Both the position numbers and the translations under genes were made by a program. The notes under the pieces were generated by a model. The model worked only from the letters and a program-made list of their open reading frames with translations, was not told the origin of the DNA and ran no database searches. A stretch of 63,676 bases of DNA, the filler included, from Octopus bimaculoides (taxonomy: Eukaryota): assembly GCF_001194135.2 (NCBI RefSeq). It is 9 parts of 9 records of this genome, joined end to end, with 100 filler letters (N's around TTAATTAATTAA, not from the genome) between each part and the next. Parts side by side here need not be neighbours in the genome. Positions count along the whole stretch, not along the records: positions 38,041 to 42,298 come from NC_068993.1; positions 42,399 to 45,629 come from NC_068982.1; positions 45,730 to 55,671 come from NW_026328017.1; 6 more parts are not named here. One strand, written 5' to 3'. The stretch's first letter is position 1. Each line of letters begins with the position of its first letter. Positions 38,146 through 52,208 of this stretch are shown here, piece after piece.

Positions 38146-38882
38146 CTCTCTATGATTTTCTTTCTATGTCTCCTCTATTCTCTCACTCACTCTATATTCT
38201 CTGTCTGTCTGCCTGTCCGTCTCTCTGCTATGCTACTTCAAAGAGATTCTGTCTCTTTGTTTGTCCCGCAAAGTGAAGCTAAAACCAGTCACCATCTCTC
38301 TATAATTTTCTTTCTTTCTTTCTTTCTTTCTTTCACATACTCACACACATGCTCACCCACAAACTACACATGTATGTAAACACACACATGCTCACCCACA
38401 TACATATATGTATAGTTTTTGGCGAGTATGTGGGTGAGCATGTGTGTGTTTAAAGCGAGGGTAGTTTTAGTATATAAATATAGGCGAATGTACGGATTGG
38501 AGCGCTTACGCGAACCTATAGACTTCTCTACTCCCTTACCTTTACCTTACTTAGCGGTCTATTAGCTCTTTTGTCTTAATGACGGTCACCACACAGTAAT
38601 TTCCCTTTGTTTAACGGTCATTTTTAACAGGAATTTTCAATGGCCGGATAACTAATGAGATATTGGCATGGGCTCCCACCCCGGCATCCGAAACTCGGAG
38701 TTTTATCATGGCTAACGAATAAGTGTCATATATTTTTACAGATAAATTCCTCTATTTACATAATATCGAGGTCTCTTTCTTTCTTTTGTTGTCCTTCCTA
38801 TCAATATATATCCACAACGTAACCTCGTGGATATCGGTGGCGATTTTTCTTCCTCCGTTTTCCCCTTCTTTGGACTTTCTTT

Positions 38883-38917
38883 GTTTCCGACGAAGAGCTC
38901 CGCTCATAACGTCAATT
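38883..38917 (+). ncRNA. Degenerate hammerhead motif, family H2
   Basis: CCGACGA-A-GAGC-TCC-GCTC-ATAACGTC; homologous to 40260 and 52041. Confidence 0.45.
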
Positions 38918-39018
38918 TCTCTTTCTTTCCTTTCCCGAGCGTCTAGTAACACAATCTGTATCACGTCCTCACGTTGTTGATTTTTTTGCTGTTTCTTTTT
39001 TGTCTTTTTCCTTTTTTG

Positions 39019-39054
<36 letters not shown>

Positions 39055-40259
39055 TATGTATGTATATAATTGTAATCGATTTTATCCTCTTCCCCGAAAA
39101 TAGTGGCCTCGTGCCAAAATTTGAAACCAATATATTTAGAAGATTCTGAAATATAGAAGCGTATATGTCTGGGTTGGTGATTGCGAATTTACATTTTTTT
39201 TTTTTTAGAAAGGAAATCCTGAAAGGAATTGTTGTATTGGGTTCTGAAATTTCTGGAGTGAAATCAACGTGTAGAAAAATAAAATATTATTGACAGTAAA
39301 TCTACAACAAAAGCCATTAGTACTAAATTCCTATCATTAAAGTTTCAAACCAGACCTAAAAGTATATTTTACCCAGGTATGATTCATAGAATTGTAGCTT
39401 ACAAATGCACAATGTTCATGTAGAGCCATGACAAACAAATTTTCACTCTGCTCAGATATTGGAGTTTTATGTTATATCATATGTTTTCCCTTTCGTAAGA
39501 AGTTTTGGTGTAATGTGAGGGGTGTTTAGCGGATGTGTGAGGAAGGCCAAGTTACTTAGAAGTGTGTTTGATAAGGAAATCGCTAATACTCGAGTTGAGG
39601 TTAAAATTCAATCAATTAAATTGTTGATAAATCACTATGTCTTCTTTACGACTTTTATATTTTCCGCACAGTTTACTCATTTTTAACTGGGATGGTGGTA
39701 GATAGAATGATAGCAGTCACCCTTCTGCCCTAACTCTTCTAAACGCTTAGTTTTAGAATGGTGGCAGCTGATGAAGGAAATGTTCCGTATGTGGCCTCTA
39801 TGTTTTCTGTACTCTGTTTATGTTCTGTTTTTCATTTTGTCCACGTTTTTTTATGACGTCCTGTAACCCGATATGCATCTATATATATACATGTAGATGT
39901 AGGTATGTACATACATGTACGTATATATGCATATACTCACATATTATTTGTATTATATATATACATACACACACACAAACATATATATATATGTGTGTGT
40001 GTATGTATATATGTGTATGTGTATATATATATATATGTTGCACCAGCATGACCGCAGCCACTTGGCTGAAACACATAAATAAATAAATAAATAAATANNN
40101 NNNNNNNNNNNNNNNNNNNNNNNNNNNNNNNNNNNNTATATATATATATGTATATAGTCAATCCAAACAAGAACAAGCAAGAAAATACAACAACAACGAG
40201 AGGACGTGGAATAAGTACAGTGATATTGGACGCTCAGGAAAGGAAGGAAAAGAAAGAGG

Positions 40260-40294
40260 ATTTCACGTTTCGAGCGGAGCTCTTCATCAGAAAT
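40260..40294 (-). ncRNA. Minimal hammerhead motif, family H2
   Basis: ATTT-CTGATGA-A-GAGC-TCC-GCTC-GAAAC-GTG-AAAT; the core is canonical but the triplet is GUG. Confidence 0.68.
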
Positions 40295-41140
40295 GTAGAA
40301 GAAGGGCAGACGGAGAAAGAAAGTCGCCTCGGCCGATTAAAGCCTTGTGAGTGGATTTTGTAGACGGAAACTGAAAGAAGCCTGTCGTATATATGTGTAT
40401 ATATGTGTGTGTGTCTGTGTGTGGGGGGGGGTGTATATCTGTACACCCAACATTGCTTGACAACCGATCTTGGTGTGTTTATGTACCTGTAACTTAGCGG
40501 TTTCGCAAAAGAGACCGAAAGAATAAGTACTGGGCTTACAAAATATAAGTCATCTTAATCCCGAGCAACGCCGGATATTTCTGCTGCTATATATATATAT
40601 ATATATATTAATATATATAATCAATTTAATTTGATTTAATTTCATCGAAAATCTAAACGATTTTTATTCATCATACACTACTAGTATGTGTATACCTTTG
40701 GTCTTTTGAAAATCAGAAAACTTGAAAATTTCAGATATGAAACTGTTAAATTACGAATGAAAAGGAAAAAAAAAAGACTCCATAAAACTATCTTTGTACA
40801 GCCTAGAGTTAAGTGCAATGGAATTCCCTAGTCCTTGCGCAGTAGTCCAGTTAGATATAAGCAAAGTAGATGGTACACTGATATCTTTATTATAATAATT
40901 TCAGTGGAATAGGAGTGCCTGGTCAATTTGGTGGCAAAGCTTTCAGTCAATAGACAGGTTGTTCGAACCCCGTGTACGATTCTGAACACATTCTTTTCTA
41001 TTCTTGCTTTGTTATTTTAAAGTGTCTAATGATGGAGTAAAACTCGAGTTGCGAGACAATTTTAGATTCAGTTTTAATAAAAATCTATATCCTCTACTAA
41101 ATGTATTGAGCACTCTTTTCTCATTTGTTCGACTTTAAAA

Positions 41141-41209
<69 letters not shown>

Positions 41210-41758
41210 TGCGTGCATATACATAAATAAAAAAATGAGAAAATGAGAATTATATGCAATATGTATGCTTTTTCCCCCTTTTCACTCTTAAAAAAAGAAG
41301 GATCCTCCACAGAAAACAAAAGAAGCGATTCTCTTCCTCTGAGGAGCCATTATCTTTCGTTCTCTGTGTCTACTATTCTATATACAGTTTCCAGCAGTAA
41401 GACCACCACATGTAAGACAAAATGAGCTAAGGGAAATAACTCATCTTGGCTAGTGGTACATATTTAAATAACACAAAAGGATAAAGGTTTATTAAGAAAC
41501 ATACAATAAATTTTCGATGAACTAAAATTACTTCCGCTTCGCATGAGAACAAACACTTGACTTGGACATATACAAAAAGAGTAGAACACATTTATGATCC
41601 AAGTAATTTGATAAATGAAACGAAAGTAATAGAAACTAAGAATGGAGAGTGACATATACGTGGTGGTATCAAAAAGTTTCCGGAATAGTTCAATAGCAGA
41701 GTTCAACAGTCCAGCATGGCGAGAAGAGTGGAATAAAAGGTGTGTTTGTGTATGTATA

Positions 41759-42200
41759 GTGGTTGTGTGGTAAGTAGCTTGCTTACCAACCACATGGTTC
41801 CGGGTTCCGTCCCACTGCGTGGCACCTTGGCCAAGTGTCTTCTACTATNNNNNNNNNNGGCACCTTGGCCAAGTGTCTTCTACTATAGCCTCGGGCTGAC
41901 CAAAGCCTTGTGAGTGGATTTGGTAGACGGAAACTGAGAGAAGCCCGTTGAATATATGTATGTGTATATATAGATGTGTGTTTGTGTGTCTGTGTTTGTC
42001 CCCCGAACATCGCTTGACAACCGATGCTGGTGTGTTTACGTCCCTGTAACTTAGCGGTTCGGCAAAAGAGACCGATAGAATAAGTACTAGGCTTACAAAG
42101 ACTAAGTCCTGGGGTCGATTTCCTCGACTAAAGGCAGTGCTCCAGCATGGTCGCAGTCAAATAACTAAAACAAGTAAAAGAGTAAAAGAGAGTAAAGAGT
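41759..42200 (+). mobile_element. SINE family A, near full length
   Basis: Homologous to 8527-8933; about 30 bp duplicated across a small gap. Confidence 0.85.
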
Positions 42201-42739
42201 ATATATATATATATTGCTCCAATAAAGAAAAATATGTTATGACCATTATTTTTAACTTGTTTCTTATATATGTATATATATGTATACATATATATATANN
42301 NNNNNNNNNNNNNNNNNNNNNNNNNNNNNNNNNNNNNNNNNNTTAATTAATTAANNNNNNNNNNNNNNNNNNNNNNNNNNNNNNNNNNNNNNNNNNNNAT
42401 ATATATATTTATATATAATGTACGTGTATATGTATATTTATGTATGTATATTTTACCTCATCTGCCTCTTTTACTTTGATTATTAGACTACCTTGGAGGA
42501 TTTAGTTGAACAAATCGATGGCAGTACAATTTGTTTTTCTAAGCCTGATACTTACTATATCGGTCTCTTTTTGCATAACAGCTAAGTTACGGAGATGTAA
42601 ATAAACACCGGTTTTCAATCGGTAGTGGGTAACACACACAAATACAAAGAGACACACGATCACATATACGTATACACACTCACAGACACTCAGGCGCACA
42701 CACATATGTATATATATATATATATTAGAAACTTAGTAT

Positions 42740-42965
42740 TAGAAACCTTGTTATAACCAGCATTAACAGGCTTCGGGGCACAAGGCAAAGGAGAAAAGCG
42801 GCTGCAAATATACCACCTGCACTCACCTGTAATGCTCACACTTACAGGATGTGTGGGCTTTTTTGCAAATCGTTGGCGGGACTTAAATGTCACATTCGAC
42901 ATAAGCATTATGACTGACAAAGAAAGTGTAGGTTGTCGGATCCTCATAAACAGAAACCGATGAGA
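42740..42965 (+). mobile_element. RTE-type LINE 3' end with C-terminal C2H2-like motif
   Basis: TYRMCGLFCKSLAGLKCHIRHKHYD*, followed by a short UTR and microsatellite. Confidence 0.6.
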
Positions 42966-44035
42966 GACCATCATATACATATACACGACGGGCTTCTTTC
43001 AGTTTCCATCTCTCAAACCTATTCACAAGGCTTTGGTCAACCCGGGACTATAATAGAAGACACTTTGCCCAAAGTGCGACGGTGTGAGACTGCACTCGCC
43101 CGGAACCATAGAGTCAGGAAGCAAATTTCTTATCAAAAACAAGGTCGCTTGCATTGTAATGTTATTGCTCTTATTATTCTGAGGTCTCAGTAATATTGTT
43201 TGTTCCATCCGTCTCAGCATTAACAGGATTGATATGGCTACATCGTTCCTTGTAAGAAGATAGTATCTCGTAGTCATTCTGTCACATTTAACAAACATGT
43301 AGTTAATGCTTTCACGGTTTTGCATCGTCAACACTACTTGACGATGTTTTCTGTCTTTCGTAAAGATAGAATTTAGTGAAGAGGTGGATCTCCTGCACTT
43401 GAGTTTCATAGAAGTAACATCTAACGTGAGATGCTATAAATTCGTTGGTACTTTTTATTAGGCTTTCAGTATGGTTTATCCTCTCCATGGCCTGGTTTTT
43501 CGGCCATGGAGAGGATATATACAGCTATCTCTTTCAGGGAACTAATGGTTCATTTTGTGATTTTCTCGTCATGTTAAGTAGGGTTTTCCATTATTTATTG
43601 GAAAGAGACTAAGCCTCTTCTCCTGTTCACAAACCACCTAAGACGTTTTTATGTTCGCACTTGGGAAGCTGAGCTTTTTATTTCTCTACTCGTCATGTTA
43701 CGTCAGTGTTATAATCGAATATATAATACGATATATACAACATGCAGAGAGCTTTGGATGACAGTATTTTGTTTTATCTGGCGATAATTTTCATTAGTTA
43801 CTCTTTTACTCCTTTCCTTGTTTTAGTCGTTGGACTGCGGCCATGTTGGGGCATTGCTTTGAAGGGTTCAATCGAAAAAGAAAAACTGACTCAATTATAC
43901 TTAACTTATTTTATAAATAAATCTAGAACTTATTCTATCGCTTTCATTTACCGAAGCGCTGTGTGGCAGGGATGTAAACAAACCAACACTGGTAAACATG
44001 CGGTGAAAGGTACAAACACACAGACTCTCTCTCTA

Positions 44036-44071
<36 letters not shown>

Positions 44072-44602
44072 AGGCTCCCGCACCGACCTTGCCAGTCAAT
44101 TTCACTCACAATGCAGTGAAAGACCCGGGGCTATAGAAGAAGACATTTGCCCAAGATGATATGCAGTGAGATTGAACTCAAAACCTCGTGACTCACGAAG
44201 CCAACATCTTAAACACCCGGTCATGATTGTAACTATACACGGCTTTCTCTAGCTACGTATCATCATGAGATGATGACACATTCCTGCGTGGATGTTGTAT
44301 TACTTGGCGAATAACAAAGAAAAGGTTAAGCAACTGATGGCTATGTTGTTAGACTAAGGTGCAGTTTGCTCTCATATTTCTAAAATCATAAAAGAATAAT
44401 TATTTTAACAAAGTTTTATCCTTATAATTTCTGAGGTAGACCTAACTAGCTCTAGGCACTTGTTAAATATTGCTGATATTTTGATATATGCCTCTCAAAT
44501 TTTGACATCTTCGTCCAAAACAAGATTGTACCACTAACTGATTGAATTTGGAGGATGCGAATCAGTTTGCTTTGCACTTTGGAAACTCAAGCACTTCAGG
44601 CT

Positions 44603-44634
<32 letters not shown>

Positions 44635-44753
44635 CCTACCTACCTACCGACTTAGCTACGTATGCATGCATGTATGTACGTACGTATGTATATATGCATG
44701 TATATATGTTTGTATGTATGATGTGTGTGCACATGTGTGTATATATACATGTA

Positions 44754-44804
<51 letters not shown>

Positions 44805-45275
44805 TAGAAGGTACCTGTTCAAGGTGCTGTACAGTGAGGCTGAAACCACAACCATGTGGCTGCAAAGCAAACTTCTTAACCACACAACTGTCCCTGCGCC
44901 TGTGGCAGATTTTCTTTACAATAAATTTGCCTTTGAAGTCTCACGATAGCATCTTGACATTATTTGTCTTCAAACCTAATAATCTAATAATAAACACAAA
45001 GAAAGAAACATTAACTCAAGTTGTAATCGTGTCGCGTATAGAAGTAGCCTGAAGGCTTTTGTTTATTTTTGTGCAATACTTATGTCAGAATTGTAGGTTC
45101 CCCACGGTAGCACACTCTATGACAATAAGCATCATGCTCCACAGATGTGTGTGTGTATATATATGTATGCATATGTATAGACATGTTTACATAAACATCC
45201 ATGTACGTATGTATATACACACACACATATGTATAATTATATATAGATAGATAAATAGATAGATATATAATACAT

Positions 45276-45333
<58 letters not shown>

Positions 45334-45339
45334 CATACA

Positions 45340-45373
<34 letters not shown>

Positions 45374-45575
45374 CGTATATACATACATACATACATACAT
45401 ACATACGAATGCAAGCATGATTACGTGTAAACATGTGACGCTGGTAGACACAGCTGACATTGAATATATTCGTTCCTTTTAACAGCACATGCTCCAGCAT
45501 TAACGACAGTTTTCCTCCATTTTTATCTTTTCCCCACCCATTCATGCTTTCTCTACCCCCACCTCTCTCTCCCTC

Positions 45576-45629
<54 letters not shown>

Positions 45630-45729
45630 NNNNNNNNNNNNNNNNNNNNNNNNNNNNNNNNNNNNNNNNNNNNTTAATTAATTAANNNNNNNNNNNNNNN
45701 NNNNNNNNNNNNNNNNNNNNNNNNNNNNN

Positions 45730-46330
45730 GTGGAGCGTACCTAACATCACCACCATCTGGCTCTTGTATGCCTTTAGCAGATTTTCCCTTTGCTGCAAGC
45801 ATTCAAATCAGGATATCACAGTAGCATCCGGTTTGAGGATAATATAGCCTCTCGATACTCTACTTCCGGCTTCATTTCCCTTGCTTAAGGCCACTGATTA
45901 TATGAAGGTGATAACAACGCACTTATTAGACTGACAGATAGATTTATAACGTTTTGCGCTGTATGTCCCAACTCTCTACGAACTGGGATCAAATCCATAG
46001 CATTTCTCCAAATTCGGGCCTCGATAAAGTACCAGTGCAGTATTGGAGCATTTATTTCCCCTCACTCCTATCTCTCTCTCCTTTCCGGAATCATCAAAAC
46101 TAAAGGAGCCAAAGAATATGTTCACATCGCGGCACCACTAATCTTTTCACTGCCACTTAGTGGACTCACTAAGAAAGAGAACATAAAAGCCCACTGTGCC
46201 AAAGGCAAGCGTTTCTCAGAGAAGACCCGTCACTAGACGCCACAATAGTCTCAGTGCTCGAGCTACAGGTCTCTGGAATCTTCAACTTCCTTCTGTTATT
46301 GTGATGTTTTTTGACCCCAGGTCAGTCCTG
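45730..46330 (+). mobile_element. Possible CR1/L2-type LINE 3' remnant
   Basis: HNSLSARATGLWNLQLP resembles the C-terminal ..F..R...LWN.LP motif; little other support. Confidence 0.35.
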
Positions 46331-46597
46331 ATCGAATATTGTATTTCAACTGTGTTATTCCATCTTTTTTTAAAGATATCCAATGCGTTCTTTTCTTACT
46401 TTAAGATTATATGAACTGATTTATGTATGTATGTATGTATGTATGTATGTATGCATGCATGCATAGATATCTCTAATGCACAGAATGAATACCTAGGTAC
46501 TCCCTCGTTAGCTCTATATTGGTTTCTTTTTACGTGTCATAAAGTCAGCGACACACTGCATGAATGGGTTACTAGCCTTAGTTTAGAAAAACCCTTA

Positions 46598-46633
<36 letters not shown>

Positions 46634-47234
46634 ATACATACATATATACATATATACATCCGGTGAGAGGATAAAAGTTTGAAAATGGTTTCTATTCACG
46701 CCGTACTTCCCATTAACATCCTAAATGAAAATAGGCTTTGATCCTTAGAAAAACCTGTTTCCCATGTGTATGATATCAGAGAAAGTAATATTTCGACGGG
46801 TTCGGAAGGGTCAGTACACATCTACACTCTTGCATACAGACACACAATTTTAAGAGCACTTTAAGTCACTGTAGTATTACTACGCATGTGTTTATCATTA
46901 ATGATAAACATAGATATATATAGATGACTTGAGTGTATATGCATATGTATGATGATAAACACACACACATATATATACAAACACACACACATAGGTGAGT
47001 ATGTGTGTATATATATGCATAAATGCATATCTATGTATGTATAAGGAAGTGATGATATCAGCTTACGGATTAATTTTATTTTGAAATGGATGTATTCGTG
47101 TGAGTGTCTAGATATGTATGTATGCATATATATATGTATGCATATATATGTATGTATATATATATGTATGTATGCATATATGTATGTATGCATATATATA
47201 TGTATGCATATATATATGTATGTATATATATATG

Positions 47235-47302
<68 letters not shown>

Positions 47303-47657
47303 AACAAATATAAGAGTGTATAAGTATTTATACACAGAGATGACCCTTGACAGGACGCCTTGCATGCTAGAAAGGGCAGCCAAACCGAAACCACGAAAAA
47401 TAGTAATTCCGAGGAGAATGAAAACAAAAATTATTTATAGTCAGCACCAAACTCGAGTTTCTGTATTAATGAACAAATAAATTGATTTATCATCCGTACT
47501 TCGTCAGTGGGATCGCTAAGACAATGCATAATTATGCAACTAATACGTACCGAAATCACACGTGCTTGCTGCATACTTATAGATGATGTTTTCAAATCAA
47601 CTGCGCAAGCGCAGTCACGTAGTCAGCAGTAAAATAATAAAATTAGTTTCTACTCTA

Positions 47658-47835
47658 TGTACAAGGCCCGAAATTTTGGGGGAGGGGACTAGTCGATTAG
47701 ATCGACGCCAGTTCGCAACTGGTACTTAATTTATCGACCTCGAAAGGATGAAAGGCAAAATCGACATCGGTGGAATTTGAACGAAATATCGCTAAGCATT
47801 TCGCCCGGCGTGCTAACGTTTCTGCCAGCTCGATG
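47658..47835 (-). mobile_element. SINE family B copy
   Basis: Reverse complement of the 18965 head and body, with the tail variant shared with 10395. Confidence 0.78.
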
Positions 47836-48119
47836 CCTTACTAAATAAAAAAAATTAAGACAATGTACCAAAAGGCTTTGAAACCATGAAAATTTTACTG
47901 TGAAAATGATAAGGGTAGAAAATTTAGAAAAATCTTCATACCTTGTGGCCAGCATGCGTAAAATCCACTCGAAGGGCTTCTATGCAGTTTCCCTCCCCTC
48001 AATTTCACACACAAGATATGGACTGAAGTTAGGGCATGGAAAATAGCATTAGCTTCAACATGCTACGCAGTAACTCCGAACCCGAGACCTTGTGGTTGCT
48101 AAGTGAACTTTCTTACCTA

Positions 48120-48154
<35 letters not shown>

Positions 48155-48829
48155 TGTGTAAATAAGAAAGGCAACATAATACAAGTACAAATACTTCACA
48201 TATAGTTAAACAATATTCAAGACCAAAACCAAGAAAACGGTTACTCTTCTAGTTGGATATCTTCGACTACTACCTTTCGATAACTAAACATATCTTTGTT
48301 GATGTTATCATCTTTGCTAAGCATTTCATGCATTTGAACTCACTTGAAACGGAAGCTATTCTATAAACAAAAATTCTCTCTTTTTTTTATAATAATTTTA
48401 AATGGATAAAACAGTCTTTTGTTATTACCATGGGATATAAACATTCTGTGTTGGCAAGAGTTTTAGATAGCATCTATATCATACACGCATTAAAATTAAA
48501 TTCCTGTTACTTTAGAACAGTCTTTCGCAAGTCGAAGTTCTACTTCTCTCAAAAAACTATGAAACCAAAATCTAATGATTCGTTTTAGATAAAAATCAAC
48601 ATTCACGCCCTTTGTAATGATTTAAGTTTTAAAATAACATTTGAGCAACGCCTTAAAATAGGGAAATTTCTAGAGGCAACTGGTAGAATCATTTTATTTT
48701 TTCATCTTATAAGCACATCATTCTGTTTCATCTAAATATAAATATGCCATACAAACTAGAAACACTGTAATTGTGTCTTCTCTCTCACACACTTTTCTCC
48801 TTACTCGTGTATTTCGCTAAGCACGTATG

Positions 48830-48893
48830 TACTATCATCTCTTCGTGTGTCTTTGTCCCGTAACCTTTATAACTATGCTTTTTCGTTGAAAAG

Positions 48894-48924
<31 letters not shown>

Positions 48925-49790
48925 AAAGACAGAGAAAGAGAGAGAGGAAGGCACGAGTACGATGAGCGACATTTTGGGTACGACATCGACCAACGGAGCA
49001 GCAACGGACTGCGAGCTACCGTAGTGTGCCGGCGAGCGGAGACCGTTGCAGGAACGAGGCTGAAGACACGATAACGACGTCTTCAGGACGGAAATGCAGT
49101 CCCAGCGGCGGTGGACGATGAGGCCACATCTATGGCAGCAAGGCGGGGGCGAGGAGTCCGAGCATGCGAAACGACGAACGAATGGAGCTACTGCTGTCAA
49201 CGACTCGTACGACGGCGCGGAGCAGGTGAGCACAAACGAACGAGCAAGCGCGTTCGAGTGTGTGCGCTTATCTAGTATATATAAATCGCAGTATGTATGT
49301 ATATAATGACAAACGCGTACATTTCCACAATTCTCAACCGATTGACACCAAACTTTACACACACATTACTTATGTCCCAAGGATGGTCATGCACTATAAC
49401 ATTTTACCCAGTGCTCCTGCGTAAATGGACGTAAATGGACATACTTTTTTGTATGTAGGGTTTTCCATACGTTTTAATCTTTTTTTATAAAAGTGAAAGG
49501 ATTTCGTCTATTTATTTCCACTGTCCACCTATATAAATCACAGCATGTGTGTGTATAATGACTAACGCAAACATTTCCACAATTCTCAACCGATTTTCAC
49601 CAAACTTTACACACACACTACTTATGTTCCAACAATGGTCATGCACTATAACATTTTGCCCAGAACTCTCACGTAATTAGACGTAAATGGACATAGGTTT
49701 TATTTTTGTTTTAAGGGTCTTCCATACTTTTTAAATCTTTTTATAAAAGTGAAAGGATTTTGTCTATTTCTTTTCGCTGTCCACCTACGA
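48830..49790 (+). mobile_element. Probable non-autonomous Helitron-like element with a CpG-rich segment and about 250-bp tandem duplication
   Basis: Duplicated units about 49295-49530 and 49550-49790 containing CAACCGATT..CACCAAACTT. The family assignment is tentative. Confidence 0.45.
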
Positions 49791-50954
49791 TGGTGATTCA
49801 ATTCACTAGGAACAATACGCGATGAATATCCAATACCAAATTATCTTAATCTACATATTTAAACTGCATTAAACTTTCGCAAGTTTACCTTTACCTATTC
49901 TGAATTACTTGAAAGGTGATGTTTCCTTCCTTCTCTTCTATCTGTTAAACCTTTGTTTACCTTTCATACTGTTGTTTCATTTTAAGGATACTTATTTTAC
50001 CTATCCGTTATATTTTGACAGTTGTCCATTGTTTCAAACACGTTTTAGTATTGTCGCTCTAGCCCTTTTTAAACAATCCCATAAGATCCGTCCCAAAGAA
50101 TCAACCTTTAAATAAGAGTTTTGCTTCCACTAGCGAAAGCTATACGTATCTTTCAGAAAGCTCCCTACCAATGTAACTTTATGCGGCATTCGCTTTTAGG
50201 TTATGCGCATGCTATGTGGGAAGACAGAATAAAGGGGCTTTTGTTAGCTTGTCTCTCCGATAAGCTTTGCTGTTGAATAAAAGAAACTCGCAGAGGGGAA
50301 GTTTCAACCTCTTCCTTCAATTTCTTTACACCATTTATGTGGCTGTTTCTGACAAGAAATTTCGCTTTCATATAAAACAACTATATTTTGTAGTCATTAT
50401 CCGTAATCTACTCCCAAAACACTTCAGTAGCTCTATTTTGCATCGCTTGCAAACTTATATGTTCTGTGATCATTAAAGTGCAACGACCTCCACAGTAACC
50501 AGCCTTCAATTTCATTTTCCGTTCCACGATTAATCGGAAACATAGACTGCCGTGCTACTCATAAACCTTCAAGGTAGTTCCATTATTCATGCATGCACAG
50601 TTTGCTAGCATAGTCGAATTTACTACTGGAATATCGTATTGATAAAGGAAATTGAGTATTTATCACTCATAATCCAGAAACGCGTCTACGATTAATCTTC
50701 GGAATGGTTAGTTTTCATTGTTTTTTCTTCATCTTTTTGCCTTTGTGAGTTACAAGTAATGCTATCTGTTGGAGTCTCAGCTTTTTTAGCTGCTATTTCT
50801 GAACTTCGGTATGTGGTGAAGCAAATATTTGCTGATCCCTAAATTATGTTTATATATATNNNNNNNNNNNNNNNNNNNNNNNNNNNNNNNNNNNNNNNNN
50901 NNNNNNNNNNNNNNNNNNNNNNNNNNNNNNNNNNNNNNNNNNNNNNNNNNNNNN

Positions 50955-50986
<32 letters not shown>

Positions 50987-51039
50987 TATATACATACATA
51001 TATGTACATACTTACATATATATGCATATACATATGCAT

Positions 51040-51365
51040 ATAGGGGTACAGGACGTCGTAAAACGTAGACGACATGAAATACTTTTGGGCGAACAACGAA
51101 AGAAACAAATGAAAAACAAGACAAGTAGCATAAAGAGCGACCCTTCATCAGTTGTCGGCTGTTTTATCTACTCCACATTTCGGTCGTAATTGCTCGAAAT
51201 GTGGAGTAGATAAAACAGCCAACAACTGATGAAGGGTCGTTCTTTATGTTACTTGTCTTGTTTTCCATTTGTTTATTTCGCTGATCGCAAAAGAAGTTTG
51301 TATTTCATGTTTATGTATTTCGTATTTCATATTGTTTACGTTTTACGACGAACTGTACCCATATA
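51040..51365. repeat. Fold-back element within (TA)n
   Basis: Inner arms 51097-51182 / 51195-51280 (86 bp, 5 mismatches, 12-nt loop); outer arms gtacag..cgtcgtaaaacgta. Single-arm homologs at about 39750-39880 and 62350-62510. Confidence 0.92.
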
Positions 51366-51916
51366 TATATATATATATATATATATAAAGAAATGTTCAA
51401 TACTGTCTTGAATGTTTTACTGCTACTCTAATTTACCTGACTATGACTTCTTTAAACATGATTACTAGTTATATGCTTAAGCAAGTTGTGGAAGTATATT
51501 GGCTGACTTGTTGGCAGGGTTAATGGAAATTAGATCGAAAAACCTATGCCCCCACCTGCAAGCCATTATACCAGGATGCACTCAAGCATATCTCCTTTTC
51601 AATCCATTTTCATCGAACTAAAAAAATCGATTATGTATGAGTCGGTTGTATTATATTCTCTTTCTTCCAACATTTCACTTTTTCAACAAATAGCTTTAAT
51701 CCATTTCTATTAATTATCTTTTATCTTTTATTTCTGTCATTCATTAGACTGCGGTCTTGCTGGGTCACTGCCTTGAAGAATTTTTAGCTGAAAGAATCGA
51801 CCCCAGTATTTTTCTTTTTAAGCCTGGTATTTATTCTATTGGCCACTGTTGCGAACCGCCAAATTACGGGGACCTAAACACATCAACATCGGTTGTCAAG
51901 CGGTGACAAGCGACAT

Positions 51917-52006
<90 letters not shown>

Positions 52007-52040
52007 AATTTTCTCCGTGTTTTTCTCCTTGTCTCCGTAT

Positions 52041-52077
52041 TCTTTCTGTTGAAGAGCGTAGCTCGAAACGTCAAAGA
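52041..52077 (+). ncRNA. Minimal hammerhead motif, family H2
   Basis: TCTTT-CTGTTGA-A-GAGC-GTA-GCTC-GAAAC-GTC-AAAGA; perfect stem I and GUC site, but A6U. Confidence 0.68.
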
Positions 52078-52167
52078 CTTTCCGTATTCCCGAGCGTCAT
52101 ACTAATATATACTTTTGTTATTTACACCACCTGTCCTCGTCTGTTGTTATTTTTTGTATATTCTCCC

Positions 52168-52208
<41 letters not shown>

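Noticed and set aside
41657-41690. Mariner-like TIR (TA|CGTGGTGGTATCAAAAAGTTTCCGG)
   Set aside because: A single end cut by a SINE, with no partner TIR or transposase.
44555-47480. Many ORFs of poly-IY, poly-TH, poly-CV or poly-YVCM, and poly-X ORFs across gaps
   Set aside because: Translations of microsatellites or N runs with no coding signal.
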